From contig JBJKPN010000080.1 of the NCBI GenBank assembly GCA_046706365.1, positions 23,644-87,643 of the forward strand: DNA of 64,000 nucleotides, in the 5' to 3' direction. This stretch comes from Candidatus Kryptoniota bacterium (lineage in GTDB: Bacteria > Bacteroidota > Ignavibacteria > Kryptoniales > JAKASW01). The notes under the pieces are model-generated. The model searched no databases. It was given only the letters and a program-made list of their open reading frames with translations, and was not told the origin of the DNA. This document shows, in pieces, positions 9,276-18,091 of this stretch. Both the position numbers and the translations under genes were made by a program. Position 1 is the first letter of the stretch. Each line of letters starts with the position of its first letter.

Positions 9276-11114
9276 CTACAGCTCTACCTCGCTGCCTGTC
9301 GGAACCTTCAAAGTCGTTCCTCTTTGTGCCAGCCTCAGGAGTTCCCCGGCATCGAGTATCATTATTACTCTGCCGTCCCCGAGGATAGTCGATCCGGCTA
9401 TTCCATGAATATTCCTGAGGTAAGCTCCCAGCGGCTTGATCACGATTTCCTTTTGCCCGATAAGGCGGCTAACCACGATACCGAATTTGTGATTGGCAAC
9501 TCCTACGACAACGGTATAGAAACTACTTGTCTCTTCTCCCTGCATCGGCACGTCGAGGATCTCCGATATGTTTACGAGCGGCAGAACCGTTTCCCTGAGC
9601 CTTATGACTTCGCGACCGTTGACCGTCGACACATCCGACTTCGATGTGTGAACTACCTCCAGAACCGAATTGAGCGGGATCGCAAATGTCTCATTCCCGA
9701 CGGAAACGAGGAGCCCCTGTATTATCGCCAGCGTGAGCGGCAACTTGAGTACGAATCGTGTCCCTTTGCCGACGCCCGATTCCACGGCGATTATTCCGTT
9801 CAGCTTGGTAATGTTGGTTTTGACGACGTCCATGCCGACGCCTCTCCCTGATACGCTGCTGACTTTCTGTGCGGTGCTGAAGCCCGGGATGAATATCAGG
9901 TTGTATGCGTCTTCCGCCTTCATCTCGTGCGCTTCTTCCGCCGTGATGATGCCCTTTTCGAGGGCTTTGTGTTTGAGTATCTCGGGATCCATGCCTGCGC
10001 CGTCGTCCTGGATTTCGATAATAATATGATTTCCCTCATGGCCTGCCGTAAGGCGGATCGTGCCGCGCCTCGGCTTTCCCGATTTTTCCCTTTTGTCCGG
10101 TGCCTCGACCCCATGGTCCGCGGCATTCCTGATCAGATGTACGAGCGGGTCGCTTATCTCTTCGATGATGGATTTATCGAGTTCCGTCTCTTCGCCTTCT
10201 ATCACCAGATCGATGTCTTTCTCGAATTCCCTCGCAATGTCTCTAACCAGCCTGGGGAATCTGTTGAACACTCTCCCTATCTGCACCATTCTTGTTTTCA
10301 TTACTGCCGTCTGCAGCTCAGTCGTGATAAAATCTATCTGTGCGCTCGTCTCGGAAAGCTGGTGTGAAAATTCCTCGTTCCTCTCGTCTTCTTTTGAGGA
10401 TGATACGATCTGGGAAAGACGGTTCCTTCCCAGGACCAATTCTCCGACGAGGTTCATGAGATGGTCAAGCCTTGCAACGTCGACCCGGATGGTCGTATCG
10501 GTAATCCTGTCCTGTCGCTGCAACAGAGATGACTGCGTCGGATTCTGCGCGGTTTCATGCTGCGCAGCCTCTTTTGGAGCGGGCTCTTGTTCCTTTTCGG
10601 GTGTCTTCTGCCCTGACTCCGGTCTTCCGGCATGGCCCGCGGCTGCCGGATCGGGGGATGGAATCGCCTGAGATTCCTTCGATTCCACCCGTTTGCCTTT
10701 CTGTGGAATGACCCCTTTCGAAAGCGACTCCAGCTTCTTTATTGTGGCGGAGAAGTCGATATCGTGTATGTTGTGATCGACGACCTGCTGCAGAAGTGCT
10801 TTCATCTGGTCGAATGCTTCGAACATGACGTCGAGCATCTCCGGCTGGAATCTGAGCTCCTCGCGGCGGAGCTTGTTCAGAACGTCCTCGAACCTGTGCG
10901 CGATTACAGTCATCTGTTCGAAACTGAGAAAGCCCGAAGTACCTTTTACTGTGTGAACCGCCCGGAAAATCGAGTTGATCAAGTCCTTGTCTTCCGGCCT
11001 CTTCTCAAGCTCCAGGATCTCGTTGTCGAGCTTCTCGAATATATCGTTTGTTTCTACAATGAAGCTGTCGACAATTTCCTTCAGCTCCTCCGAAAACATC
11101 GGATGTTCAGCCAT
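9276..11114 (-). CDS. cheA: Chemotaxis histidine kinase CheA (P1-linker-P3-P4-P5, no recognisable P2)
   Basis: Hpt box RAVHTVKGTSGFL; dimerisation IRVDVARLDHLMNLVGELV; HATPase boxes HLIRNAADHG, DDGAGMD, GRGVGMDVV; C-terminal CheW-like domain. Residues 131-203 are P/E/Q/A-rich low complexity. Confidence 0.95.
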   Translation of the reverse strand: MAEHPMFSEELKEIVDSFIVETNDIFEKLDNEILELEKRPEDKDLINSIFRAVHTVKGTSGFLSFEQMTVIAHRFEDVLNKLRREELRFQPEMLDVMFEAFDQMKALLQQVVDHNIHDIDFSATIKKLESLSKGVIPQKGKRVESKESQAIPSPDPAAAGHAGRPESGQKTPEKEQEPAPKEAAQHETAQNPTQSSLLQRQDRITDTTIRVDVARLDHLMNLVGELVLGRNRLSQIVSSSKEDERNEEFSHQLSETSAQIDFITTELQTAVMKTRMVQIGRVFNRFPRLVRDIAREFEKDIDLVIEGEETELDKSIIEEISDPLVHLIRNAADHGVEAPDKREKSGKPRRGTIRLTAGHEGNHIIIEIQDDGAGMDPEILKHKALEKGIITAEEAHEMKAEDAYNLIFIPGFSTAQKVSSVSGRGVGMDVVKTNITKLNGIIAVESGVGKGTRFVLKLPLTLAIIQGLLVSVGNETFAIPLNSVLEVVHTSKSDVSTVNGREVIRLRETVLPLVNISEILDVPMQGEETSSFYTVVVGVANHKFGIVVSRLIGQKEIVIKPLGAYLRNIHGIAGSTILGDGRVIMILDAGELLRLAQRGTTLKVPTGSEVEL

Positions 11115-11119
11115 GTGTG

Positions 11120-11941
11120 TTATGCCCCCTTTCCAAAAAGTCTGTCGATTTCCTCCTGCGATGCCGGGTCCGCCGACCCGTTGCCCGACCCTCCCGGTCT
11201 TGAGGTCTTCCTGCTCACAATCTCGTCCGCCGATTTTTGCCTTTCGCTTGATCTGTCGTAAGAGGCGTTCGGATCGAAGGTGTGATGATCGCTTCTTTCG
11301 ATTTCGTCAATCAATTCGGAGCCGCTGATTTTGAATCTTTCGATGAGATTCGACAGCCGGTCCTGAACCGACCCGATCAGATGGTTCACAGATGCGATTT
11401 GTTGAGACGTTATGTCCTGAACCTGCAGGGAGATCATGATGTCGTTGGATTTCGCCCGGATCTCTTTGAGACTCTGTTCGAGTCCGGCCGCGTTCAGCCT
11501 GACCGCCTTTATATGCGATCTCTTTTGTTCATGTAGCTCTTCGATTTTCTCCAGCTCTTTGAGATGGCCTCCGTTCAGAGATGATCGGACTAAGCCTAGG
11601 GCGGCCGTATCGAGCTTGTCGATTGCGACGAGGTCGATTGTCGCGGTTTGAAAATGCGAGTCGATCGCGTTCAACCTCGATATGACGCCGTCCAGGTTGT
11701 CCAGTATTTCGGTAGTAGCGAGTTCGGTTGCCTGAGTCACCTTGTTAAGCTGTGAGGATGCCCGGGGCATTTTACTTGCGCTTTCATAGATCGAAGAATT
11801 GATCTCTTCAAGGACGGGCACGATGTCGTGCACGAAGTAAAACAGTTCCTCCAGGAACGGGATTACCCGCTGCCCGAAAATGAAAAGGGCACGCAGCTCG
11901 TTTATTTTGTCAAGTATTCCGCCTAAGTTCTTTGAGTCCAT
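11120..11941 (-). CDS. cheZ: CheZ-family CheY-P phosphatase
   Basis: By-eye alignment to E. coli CheZ. MPRASSQLNKVTQATELATTEILDNLD matches [27 protein letters not shown]. Active-site block LQVQDITSQQI (DxxxQ) matches AQDFQDLTGQVI. C-terminal peptide ASQEEIDRLF matches ASQDQVDDLL. Confidence 0.75.
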   Translation of the reverse strand: MDSKNLGGILDKINELRALFIFGQRVIPFLEELFYFVHDIVPVLEEINSSIYESASKMPRASSQLNKVTQATELATTEILDNLDGVISRLNAIDSHFQTATIDLVAIDKLDTAALGLVRSSLNGGHLKELEKIEELHEQKRSHIKAVRLNAAGLEQSLKEIRAKSNDIMISLQVQDITSQQIASVNHLIGSVQDRLSNLIERFKISGSELIDEIERSDHHTFDPNASYDRSSERQKSADEIVSRKTSRPGGSGNGSADPASQEEIDRLFGKGA

Positions 11942-11952
11942 ATTGCCCTCTC

Positions 11953-12321
11953 TTAAAGTGTTTTCAGTACCAGGTCGATTTTTTCCTTCAGGACTTGAGG
12001 TGTAAAGGGCTTAACTACATAGTTGTTGACCTTTGCCTGCAGCGCTTCCATAACATCTTCCTTCATCCCGCGCGTGGTCACCATGAGTATCGGAAGGCCG
12101 CCGAATTGGCCGTCGCCGCGAACCGCCTTCGTGAGTTCAAGGCCGTTCATGTTCGGCATGTTCCAGTCCGTGATTATGAAATCCACCTTCTCAATGTACA
12201 GTTTGGCGAAGGCGTCCTTGCCGTCCTCCGCTTCGATAATGTCGTCATAACCGATTCCCTTAAGGGCGTTGGTTACGATTCTGCGCATTGTTTGTGAGTC
12301 GTCGACTACGAGAAATTTCAT
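11953..12321 (-). CDS. cheY: Chemotaxis response regulator CheY
   Basis: Single REC domain very close to the canonical CheY pattern (VVDDSQTMRRIV, IITDWNMPNMNGLEL, LMVTT, YVVKPFTPQVL). Confidence 0.95.
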   Translation of the reverse strand: MKFLVVDDSQTMRRIVTNALKGIGYDDIIEAEDGKDAFAKLYIEKVDFIITDWNMPNMNGLELTKAVRGDGQFGGLPILMVTTRGMKEDVMEALQAKVNNYVVKPFTPQVLKEKIDLVLKTL

Positions 12322-12335
12322 CTACTACTGTCTCC

Positions 12336-12701
12336 TCAGTTTATATACTTCGCTACTTCGTATTGAATTCGCTTCTGATCGAATGGCTTGACGAGATATG
12401 AGCTTGCTCCAAGTCTCATCCCATTCTCGATGTCCTGGTCGCTGCTGAGGGAAGACAGAATTATTACCGGGACTTCATAGTACTCGCGGTCCTCACGCAG
12501 CGCCTTTAGAAATTCGAACCCGTCCATGTTCGGCATGTTGAGGTCCGTTATGATTAGATCGACTCTGTTTAGCGAGAGTTTCTCCAGTGCATCCATGCCG
12601 TCCCGTGCAGCAACTACCATTATGCCCTGTGCGCGCAGTGCATACACGAGAAACTTCCTGATGGATTCCGAGTCGTCCACGACCATTACAGCTTTTGCCA
12701 A
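12336..12701 (-). CDS. Second single-domain CheY-like receiver
   Basis: REC with intact DD, D (IITDLNMPNMDG), S and K (LVKPF) residues. Confidence 0.85.
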   Translation of the reverse strand: MAKAVMVVDDSESIRKFLVYALRAQGIMVVAARDGMDALEKLSLNRVDLIITDLNMPNMDGFEFLKALREDREYYEVPVIILSSLSSDQDIENGMRLGASSYLVKPFDQKRIQYEVAKYIN

Positions 12702-12707
12702 CTTTCC

Positions 12708-13580
12708 TCACTCCTTTCGATACGCGATTGCTTTCTCGAAATGCACGGGCTTGAACGCCTGTGTCAGGCCATAAAGGGTTTCCGAGTAGCCGACAAAAAA
12801 GTATCCCCCCTTGTTGAGGCTGTCGTAAATTGACGATACCACAGCCTGCTTCGAATTGAAATCAAAATAGATCAGCACATTAGCTGCGAACACGATGTCG
12901 ACATTCTTCATGGTTCGCATCAGCCCTTTGTCAAACAGATTCAATTGTGTGTACCGGACCATTTTCTTGATTTCTTCCTTCAGAATGAACTGATCGCCCC
13001 TGAAGTCGAAGTATTTGCTCAAATAGTCTGCGGGTACGTTCCTTACGGAGTATTCCTTGTATATTCCCCGACGGGCTGTCTCGAGGACCTGCGTATTTAT
13101 ATCCGTGCCGATAATTTCGAACTTGACGGCGGGATATCTTGCCTGGAATTTTTCCCTTATGATGAGGGCGATTGTATATGGCTCCTCGCCGGTGGAACTG
13201 GCTGCGCTCCAGATCCTGATGTTGTATATACCTTGCTCGATTCGCTTTTTAATGAGCTCCGGGAGGATCAGCATTTCCATTGCTGCAAACTGCGGGTCGT
13301 TTCGGAAAAAGGAAGTCTCGTTTATCGTTACGGAGTTTATGAGATGAGGCATCTCGCTCGTGCCGATTCCGTTCATGAGCGCGTTGAAGTAGTCAGGGAA
13401 ACTGTCGAGCTTCAGTGCCGACAGGCGCCTCCCGACTCTGCTCTCGAGCAGGTACTTCTTGTTGTCCGCGAAGAAGATGCCTGTCCTCTCGTATATGAAT
13501 TTCCTGAGGAGCTGGAAGGTCTCTTCGGAAAGCTTCGTGCTTTGCGGGTAAAGAGTATCAGGCGTTTGGATGTACCCCAT
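12708..13580 (-). CDS. cheR: Chemotaxis protein methyltransferase
   Basis: CheR helical N-domain plus SAM-MTase blocks (ETSFFRN, IRIWSAASSTGEEPYTIA, DIVFAANVLIYF). Confidence 0.93.
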   Translation of the reverse strand: MGYIQTPDTLYPQSTKLSEETFQLLRKFIYERTGIFFADNKKYLLESRVGRRLSALKLDSFPDYFNALMNGIGTSEMPHLINSVTINETSFFRNDPQFAAMEMLILPELIKKRIEQGIYNIRIWSAASSTGEEPYTIALIIREKFQARYPAVKFEIIGTDINTQVLETARRGIYKEYSVRNVPADYLSKYFDFRGDQFILKEEIKKMVRYTQLNLFDKGLMRTMKNVDIVFAANVLIYFDFNSKQAVVSSIYDSLNKGGYFFVGYSETLYGLTQAFKPVHFEKAIAYRKE

Positions 13581-13584
13581 CTGG

Positions 13585-14964
13585 CTAGTCCTGCTCCTTA
13601 TCGTTGTGCTTAAAGCTTGTTAAAACAGCCTCGGCGGCTTCGCATATGTCTTGATCGGAGTCGTGCGCGAGGGTTTCGAGCTGATGAATAAAATTCTGGG
13701 CCCCGAGGTTAGCGGTAAGATCGATGGCATAGCTCCTGACCGCCGGTTCGGGATCGCCGAGCGCGGTATTTACCACGTGTACAGAGGATGGGAGAGTGAG
13801 GTTGCCGAACGTGTTGAGTGATGCCGTCTTCGTATCGACATCGAGTTCCGGAAAGTTTCGGGAGACACATTGAGCTACGTCGTCCAACAGTCTCGGATGG
13901 AGCTCCGCCCGGCCGTTCGATGAAAGGTTGTCGATCATCGCGGTAAGCATCCTGATTAGAGGTCTTATCCTTTCGCCAGAAGTTCGCTTCAAGGCGAATG
14001 CCGCCGCCCTGTCCGGATACTCCTCCATAACCGATGCGATTGCACGGTCGATCGAGTCGGCCTTGCCTGCGTGGTCGATCAGGGCGAAAAGGACGTCATC
14101 GTCGCTGCCTGCGAAGTGCTTCAGCCCCCGCACGGCGGTACGTACATAAACCGGGTCGATGTCGTCAAGCATTTCAAGAAGGTTGTCCTTCAGCCTGACC
14201 GAGAGATGCCCGACGTAGTCTACAGATTCCAGTAGAATTACGATCGAGTGCAGAACGACGGGCCTTGCAAGTCCCGATACAGATTCGAGTTTCTGGAGAA
14301 GTGCTTCAAGAACAGAAGGGTCTTTCCTTGCTGCCAGGGCTTCTGCCGCAGAAAGCTGGACCACAGGGTCTTCATCCCCGAGGGCTCTCAGGAAGAAATT
14401 CGATTCCTGTTTGCCCGAGAGTCTGGCTACGGCGTTGACTATGTTGGGCTTCGCATACTGCGCAACGTCGAATAGTGTAAGAAGGCGGTCGAGCTGCGTC
14501 CTTGCTCGAAGGGCTCCGAGTGCATCAATTGATGCGCAGACGACGTTCGGGTCTGAATCGGAAAGCCTTGCTGCGATCCGGCTCAGGGCTTCCGGCGTTG
14601 CCGGAAGCTGTGCCAGCAGATCAATGGCGAATTTCCGGGTATCCTTGTCGGGAGAGTCGACGTACGGGATGACCGCGTTTACAGCGGCACTTTCCATCCT
14701 GACGAGAAGATCACCTGCGAGGTTCCTGGCGGCGATATTTGCGTCGGATATATGCGAAGCCGTCAGAGCGGCAGCCTTTTCGCTTGAAGAAAGTACCAGC
14801 AGGTGAGCCGCCGCCTCCCGAACTCCGCGGTCTTCGTCGGCGAGGTAATATGCAGCCTGCTCGAGCACTCCCTCCCGCTCATGATGGTCGTATAGCGCTT
14901 CGAGAAGCATCCTTTTTTCCGATGGGTCGGAAGATTTAAGTTGTTCGAATATCGTTTCTAGCAT
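13585..14964 (-). CDS. HEAT (PBS-lyase-type) repeat protein
   Basis: At least six repeats of the D-x-D/E-x-x-V-R-x-x-A-x-x-x-L type (DEDRGVREAAAHLL, SPDKDTRKFAIDLL, DSDPNVVCASIDAL, DEDPVVQLSAAEAL, DPEPAVRSYAIDL, DSDQDICEAAEAVL). All-helical, with no TM or signal peptide. Confidence 0.75.
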   Translation of the reverse strand: MLETIFEQLKSSDPSEKRMLLEALYDHHEREGVLEQAAYYLADEDRGVREAAAHLLVLSSSEKAAALTASHISDANIAARNLAGDLLVRMESAAVNAVIPYVDSPDKDTRKFAIDLLAQLPATPEALSRIAARLSDSDPNVVCASIDALGALRARTQLDRLLTLFDVAQYAKPNIVNAVARLSGKQESNFFLRALGDEDPVVQLSAAEALAARKDPSVLEALLQKLESVSGLARPVVLHSIVILLESVDYVGHLSVRLKDNLLEMLDDIDPVYVRTAVRGLKHFAGSDDDVLFALIDHAGKADSIDRAIASVMEEYPDRAAAFALKRTSGERIRPLIRMLTAMIDNLSSNGRAELHPRLLDDVAQCVSRNFPELDVDTKTASLNTFGNLTLPSSVHVVNTALGDPEPAVRSYAIDLTANLGAQNFIHQLETLAHDSDQDICEAAEAVLTSFKHNDKEQD

Positions 14965-14970
14965 TTCATA

Positions 14971-16314
14971 TCACACATTGTTTGTCCGAACGATTTCACC
15001 TTTGGATTCCATAAAAGTCACATTGTTGTAGCCTTGTTTGAGGGCGAAGCGCAGACCGTTCAACTCGACAACTACGCTCTGATGGACCGGGCCGGTAACT
15101 TTGAGAACACAATCTCTCTTCCGGCTGATAACGGCAGAAGCGTCCTGCTTCCGTTCGTTCAATTCCCTGATCGAATCATTCTGCCCCTGCAGTCTCGCCT
15201 GGAGGGTTTTCAGAAGTTCCTCTTTTTCATTGGTGAAGTTCTTGTTGTCGATCCTGTCGCGGACAAGGAGGTAAATTTCGTTTTTGAGCTGCTCCGAAGC
15301 CTTCTTTTGAAGATCGATCTCCTTGTTGATGGCGAATATATCTTCGGTCAGGAGCTCCAGGGTTCCGAGTTTGACTTTCGTAGTCGAATACAGCTCGCCG
15401 CCGAGGATCCGCACTTCGATCTTGTTTCCGGCAGCTACGACTCCGCCCATTATAGTTGCACTGTGTCCGACGATGTCTTCGGTTGCAATCAGGTGGGCGT
15501 TGACGCATTCTTTCAGCACTGTAATCGAACCGCCCGATTCGATCGTTTGGTTGAGTACCACGCTTAGTTCGACGTCTCCGCCTGCTCTGACAAGACCGTC
15601 TCCCCGGCCCACAAAACTCCCTTTAATCTTGACCGTCCCTCCCGCGATAATTTTCGCGTCTTCGACCGAGCCCTGTATGTAGACATCGTGTTTGACTTTC
15701 AGGGCGCCGCTCCCCTTGACGTCTCCAAGTATCTTGAGAGATCCGGCAAATTCTATTTCTCCATCCGAATAGTCTATGTCTCCTCTTATGACGTATTCGG
15801 TTATCACTTCCGCGCTGGCGCCTCCCAATTTGAGATTGCCGTCGACCGTGGCCTCGAGGCTGATCCTGTCGTCGGTCTCGACACGCTTGATGTTGGGGCC
15901 GGTAAAGATGCTTATGTTCTTGCCCGATCTCGGCTGTACCTTCTTGCCGAAAACGTCAATGCCCACGCTGCCTGAGGTGGGTTTGTGGATGACACCGAAA
16001 GTCTCACCTGCGTAGATGTTGGAAATGCCGAACTTGATTTCGCCTTCGGTTTCCTGTCGCTTCTTGATTCGTTCGAACCACCCGTCGTTTCCGTCGGTGT
16101 GCCGTGAGCCTGTTGCCGCAAGAACTTGCTTGCCTGGATTGTTCAGCGCTTCGAACGCGGCATTGCTTTCGAGGCCGTAAACGACTCCGTTGGCCTCGAG
16201 GGCTGCCTGGATGTCGGATGCCTGAAGCTCTCCCTCGTCGACGACAATACTGGCTTCGTAGTTGTCTTCGGATATTTCGATCTTGATTCCCTTTGCAATC
16301 ACGTCTACCATCAA
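14971..16314 (-). CDS. DUF342 / FapA-family protein
   Basis: N-terminal FapA_N-like segment ([17 protein letters not shown]...[15 protein letters not shown]). Long beta-helix-like G-D-V / G-x-V periodic region ([55 protein letters not shown]...). C-terminal coiled coil. Its start overlaps the stop of the upstream MCP (4 nt). Confidence 0.7.
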   Translation of the reverse strand: MMVDVIAKGIKIEISEDNYEASIVVDEGELQASDIQAALEANGVVYGLESNAAFEALNNPGKQVLAATGSRHTDGNDGWFERIKKRQETEGEIKFGISNIYAGETFGVIHKPTSGSVGIDVFGKKVQPRSGKNISIFTGPNIKRVETDDRISLEATVDGNLKLGGASAEVITEYVIRGDIDYSDGEIEFAGSLKILGDVKGSGALKVKHDVYIQGSVEDAKIIAGGTVKIKGSFVGRGDGLVRAGGDVELSVVLNQTIESGGSITVLKECVNAHLIATEDIVGHSATIMGGVVAAGNKIEVRILGGELYSTTKVKLGTLELLTEDIFAINKEIDLQKKASEQLKNEIYLLVRDRIDNKNFTNEKEELLKTLQARLQGQNDSIRELNERKQDASAVISRKRDCVLKVTGPVHQSVVVELNGLRFALKQGYNNVTFMESKGEIVRTNNV

Positions 16315-18059
16315 CTCCTCCTTATTTCCCGGACTCCTGCCGTCCGGAACGAAGATTCATCGAATACACTCCCTGTCGGATCCACATTGGGAATAAGTTC
16401 AGCAGATTCCCGGTCGAGCCTGAAACGGTAAACGAGATTCCGCAGGCTTTCAGTAAGTCTGCTGAGATCATCCGCCGCTTTTGCTATCTGTGATATTCCC
16501 GCCGCGGATTCGTTCGAAACGGTCGAGATCGACTCGACGTTCTTCGAGATTTCCTCGCTTGTCGCAGACTGCTGTTCGCTTGCCGCTGCTATCTGCGTGA
16601 TCATGTCCACCGTCCGATCCGTGTTTTCGACTATCGACTTGAGGGAGACGCCGGCTTTGTCGGCCAGGCTGATGCCTTCCGTGACGACTTCGTTCCCGAT
16701 CCTCATCGATCTGACCGCCTCAGCGGCTTCGGCCTGCAGGTTCTTTATCATCGAGGCAATTTGCTTTGTGGCCTGCGTGGTCCGCTCCGCAAGGTTCCTG
16801 ACCTCGTCGGCGACGACCGCAAAGCCCCGGCCTTCTTCACCCGCCCGGGCCGCTTCTATGGCCGCATTCAGCGCAAGCAAATTTGTCTGGTTCGCTATGT
16901 CGTCTATTACTGAAATAATTTCTCCAATCTGATCTGTGGATGCTCCGAGCCGTTCGACGGTCGATGCGGAGCTTTGAATGACATCTGCGATTTCACGAAT
17001 CTTTTTTACGGTGTGTTCGACGACCGCTCCCCCTTCTTTTGCAGCGGCCCCGCTTGTCCGGGCGACCTCGGCCGCATTGGCCGCATTCCTGGAGTTCTCG
17101 ATCACAGTTCTCGTCATCTCTTCGACGGCGGCAGCTACTTCGCTCCCTTGCGCGGACTGCTCCTGGGATCCGGCGGCAAGTTCCTCTGTGGAACTGCTTA
17201 TCTGTGAAGCCGAGCTCGCTACGGAATTTGAGGTCTCCGATACGTGCAGCAGAGTCTGCCGCAGGTCGGTTATCATCTGCTGAACCTTTCTGCCGAGCTC
17301 GTACAGCTGGCCGTCCTTGCCGATTTGAACGGACACCGCCAGGTCGCCTTCGGCCACCGCCATCACAGCCTCTTCGATCGGTTTCACCTGCTGTTCCAGG
17401 TATTCTCTCTGCCTGATCATGCTCTTCCGCAAATCGATGAAGGTCAGGAATGAGCCGACAATTTCTCCCCTGGCGTTTCTTATAGGTCCGGAGCTGGCTA
17501 TCACCGGGATGGACTCACCCTTGTGATTTCGTATGCTGACTTCGTAAGCGGGCATCGGTTGGCCGGAGAGCGCACTGCGGGTCGCCCTGTCCGAACCGAA
17601 GAGTTCCTTGGTCGTCTTCTTGCCTATCACATCTTCCGGAAGCACATCCATCAGTTCCGCGGCCGCCTGGTTGAGGAAAGTCAAAACGGTATTTCGGTCG
17701 GCGGTGAAAAGCGGGCTTTGTATCGAAGTCTGGATGCTGTGTGACATGGCAAGATCGTCACGGAATCGGGCGGACATATTGTTCAGCGAAACGGACAGCC
17801 TTCCGATTTCCGTGTCCGTCGACATCTCGAAGTTCGCATCGTAATTTCCGGAGGCAACGAGATCGGCCCCCTCTTTTAATTTCAGAATGTCTCTTTTTAT
17901 TCCGGCGGCCAGCAGTGCTGCAAATGCAAGGCAGATGAATAACGAGACCGCCATCAATGTATAGTCACCGGACAGGGAAGCCCCTGCCGACAGTACGGCG
18001 GAGAAGAATACCGCCGAAACAATTTTTGTCGCAATGCTTATGTTTGATAATTTGTTCAT
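16311..18059 (-). CDS. Methyl-accepting chemotaxis protein (short N-terminal membrane anchor, HAMP, PAS, MA domain)
   Basis: Signalling hairpin [38 protein letters not shown]; HAMP after the TM; PAS-like block upstream. Confidence 0.93.
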   Translation of the reverse strand: MNKLSNISIATKIVSAVFFSAVLSAGASLSGDYTLMAVSLFICLAFAALLAAGIKRDILKLKEGADLVASGNYDANFEMSTDTEIGRLSVSLNNMSARFRDDLAMSHSIQTSIQSPLFTADRNTVLTFLNQAAAELMDVLPEDVIGKKTTKELFGSDRATRSALSGQPMPAYEVSIRNHKGESIPVIASSGPIRNARGEIVGSFLTFIDLRKSMIRQREYLEQQVKPIEEAVMAVAEGDLAVSVQIGKDGQLYELGRKVQQMITDLRQTLLHVSETSNSVASSASQISSSTEELAAGSQEQSAQGSEVAAAVEEMTRTVIENSRNAANAAEVARTSGAAAKEGGAVVEHTVKKIREIADVIQSSASTVERLGASTDQIGEIISVIDDIANQTNLLALNAAIEAARAGEEGRGFAVVADEVRNLAERTTQATKQIASMIKNLQAEAAEAVRSMRIGNEVVTEGISLADKAGVSLKSIVENTDRTVDMITQIAAASEQQSATSEEISKNVESISTVSNESAAGISQIAKAADDLSRLTESLRNLVYRFRLDRESAELIPNVDPTGSVFDESSFRTAGVREIRRS

Positions 18060-18091
18060 CGCTTCCTGGTCATGTATTTATAAGTCTCTTC

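Noticed and set aside
8964-9851. 295-aa plus-strand ORF spanning the cheB/cheA junction
   Set aside because: It is antisense to two strongly supported genes. Its product is low-complexity (S/A/I-rich) with no recognisable motif. This is a typical shadow ORF.
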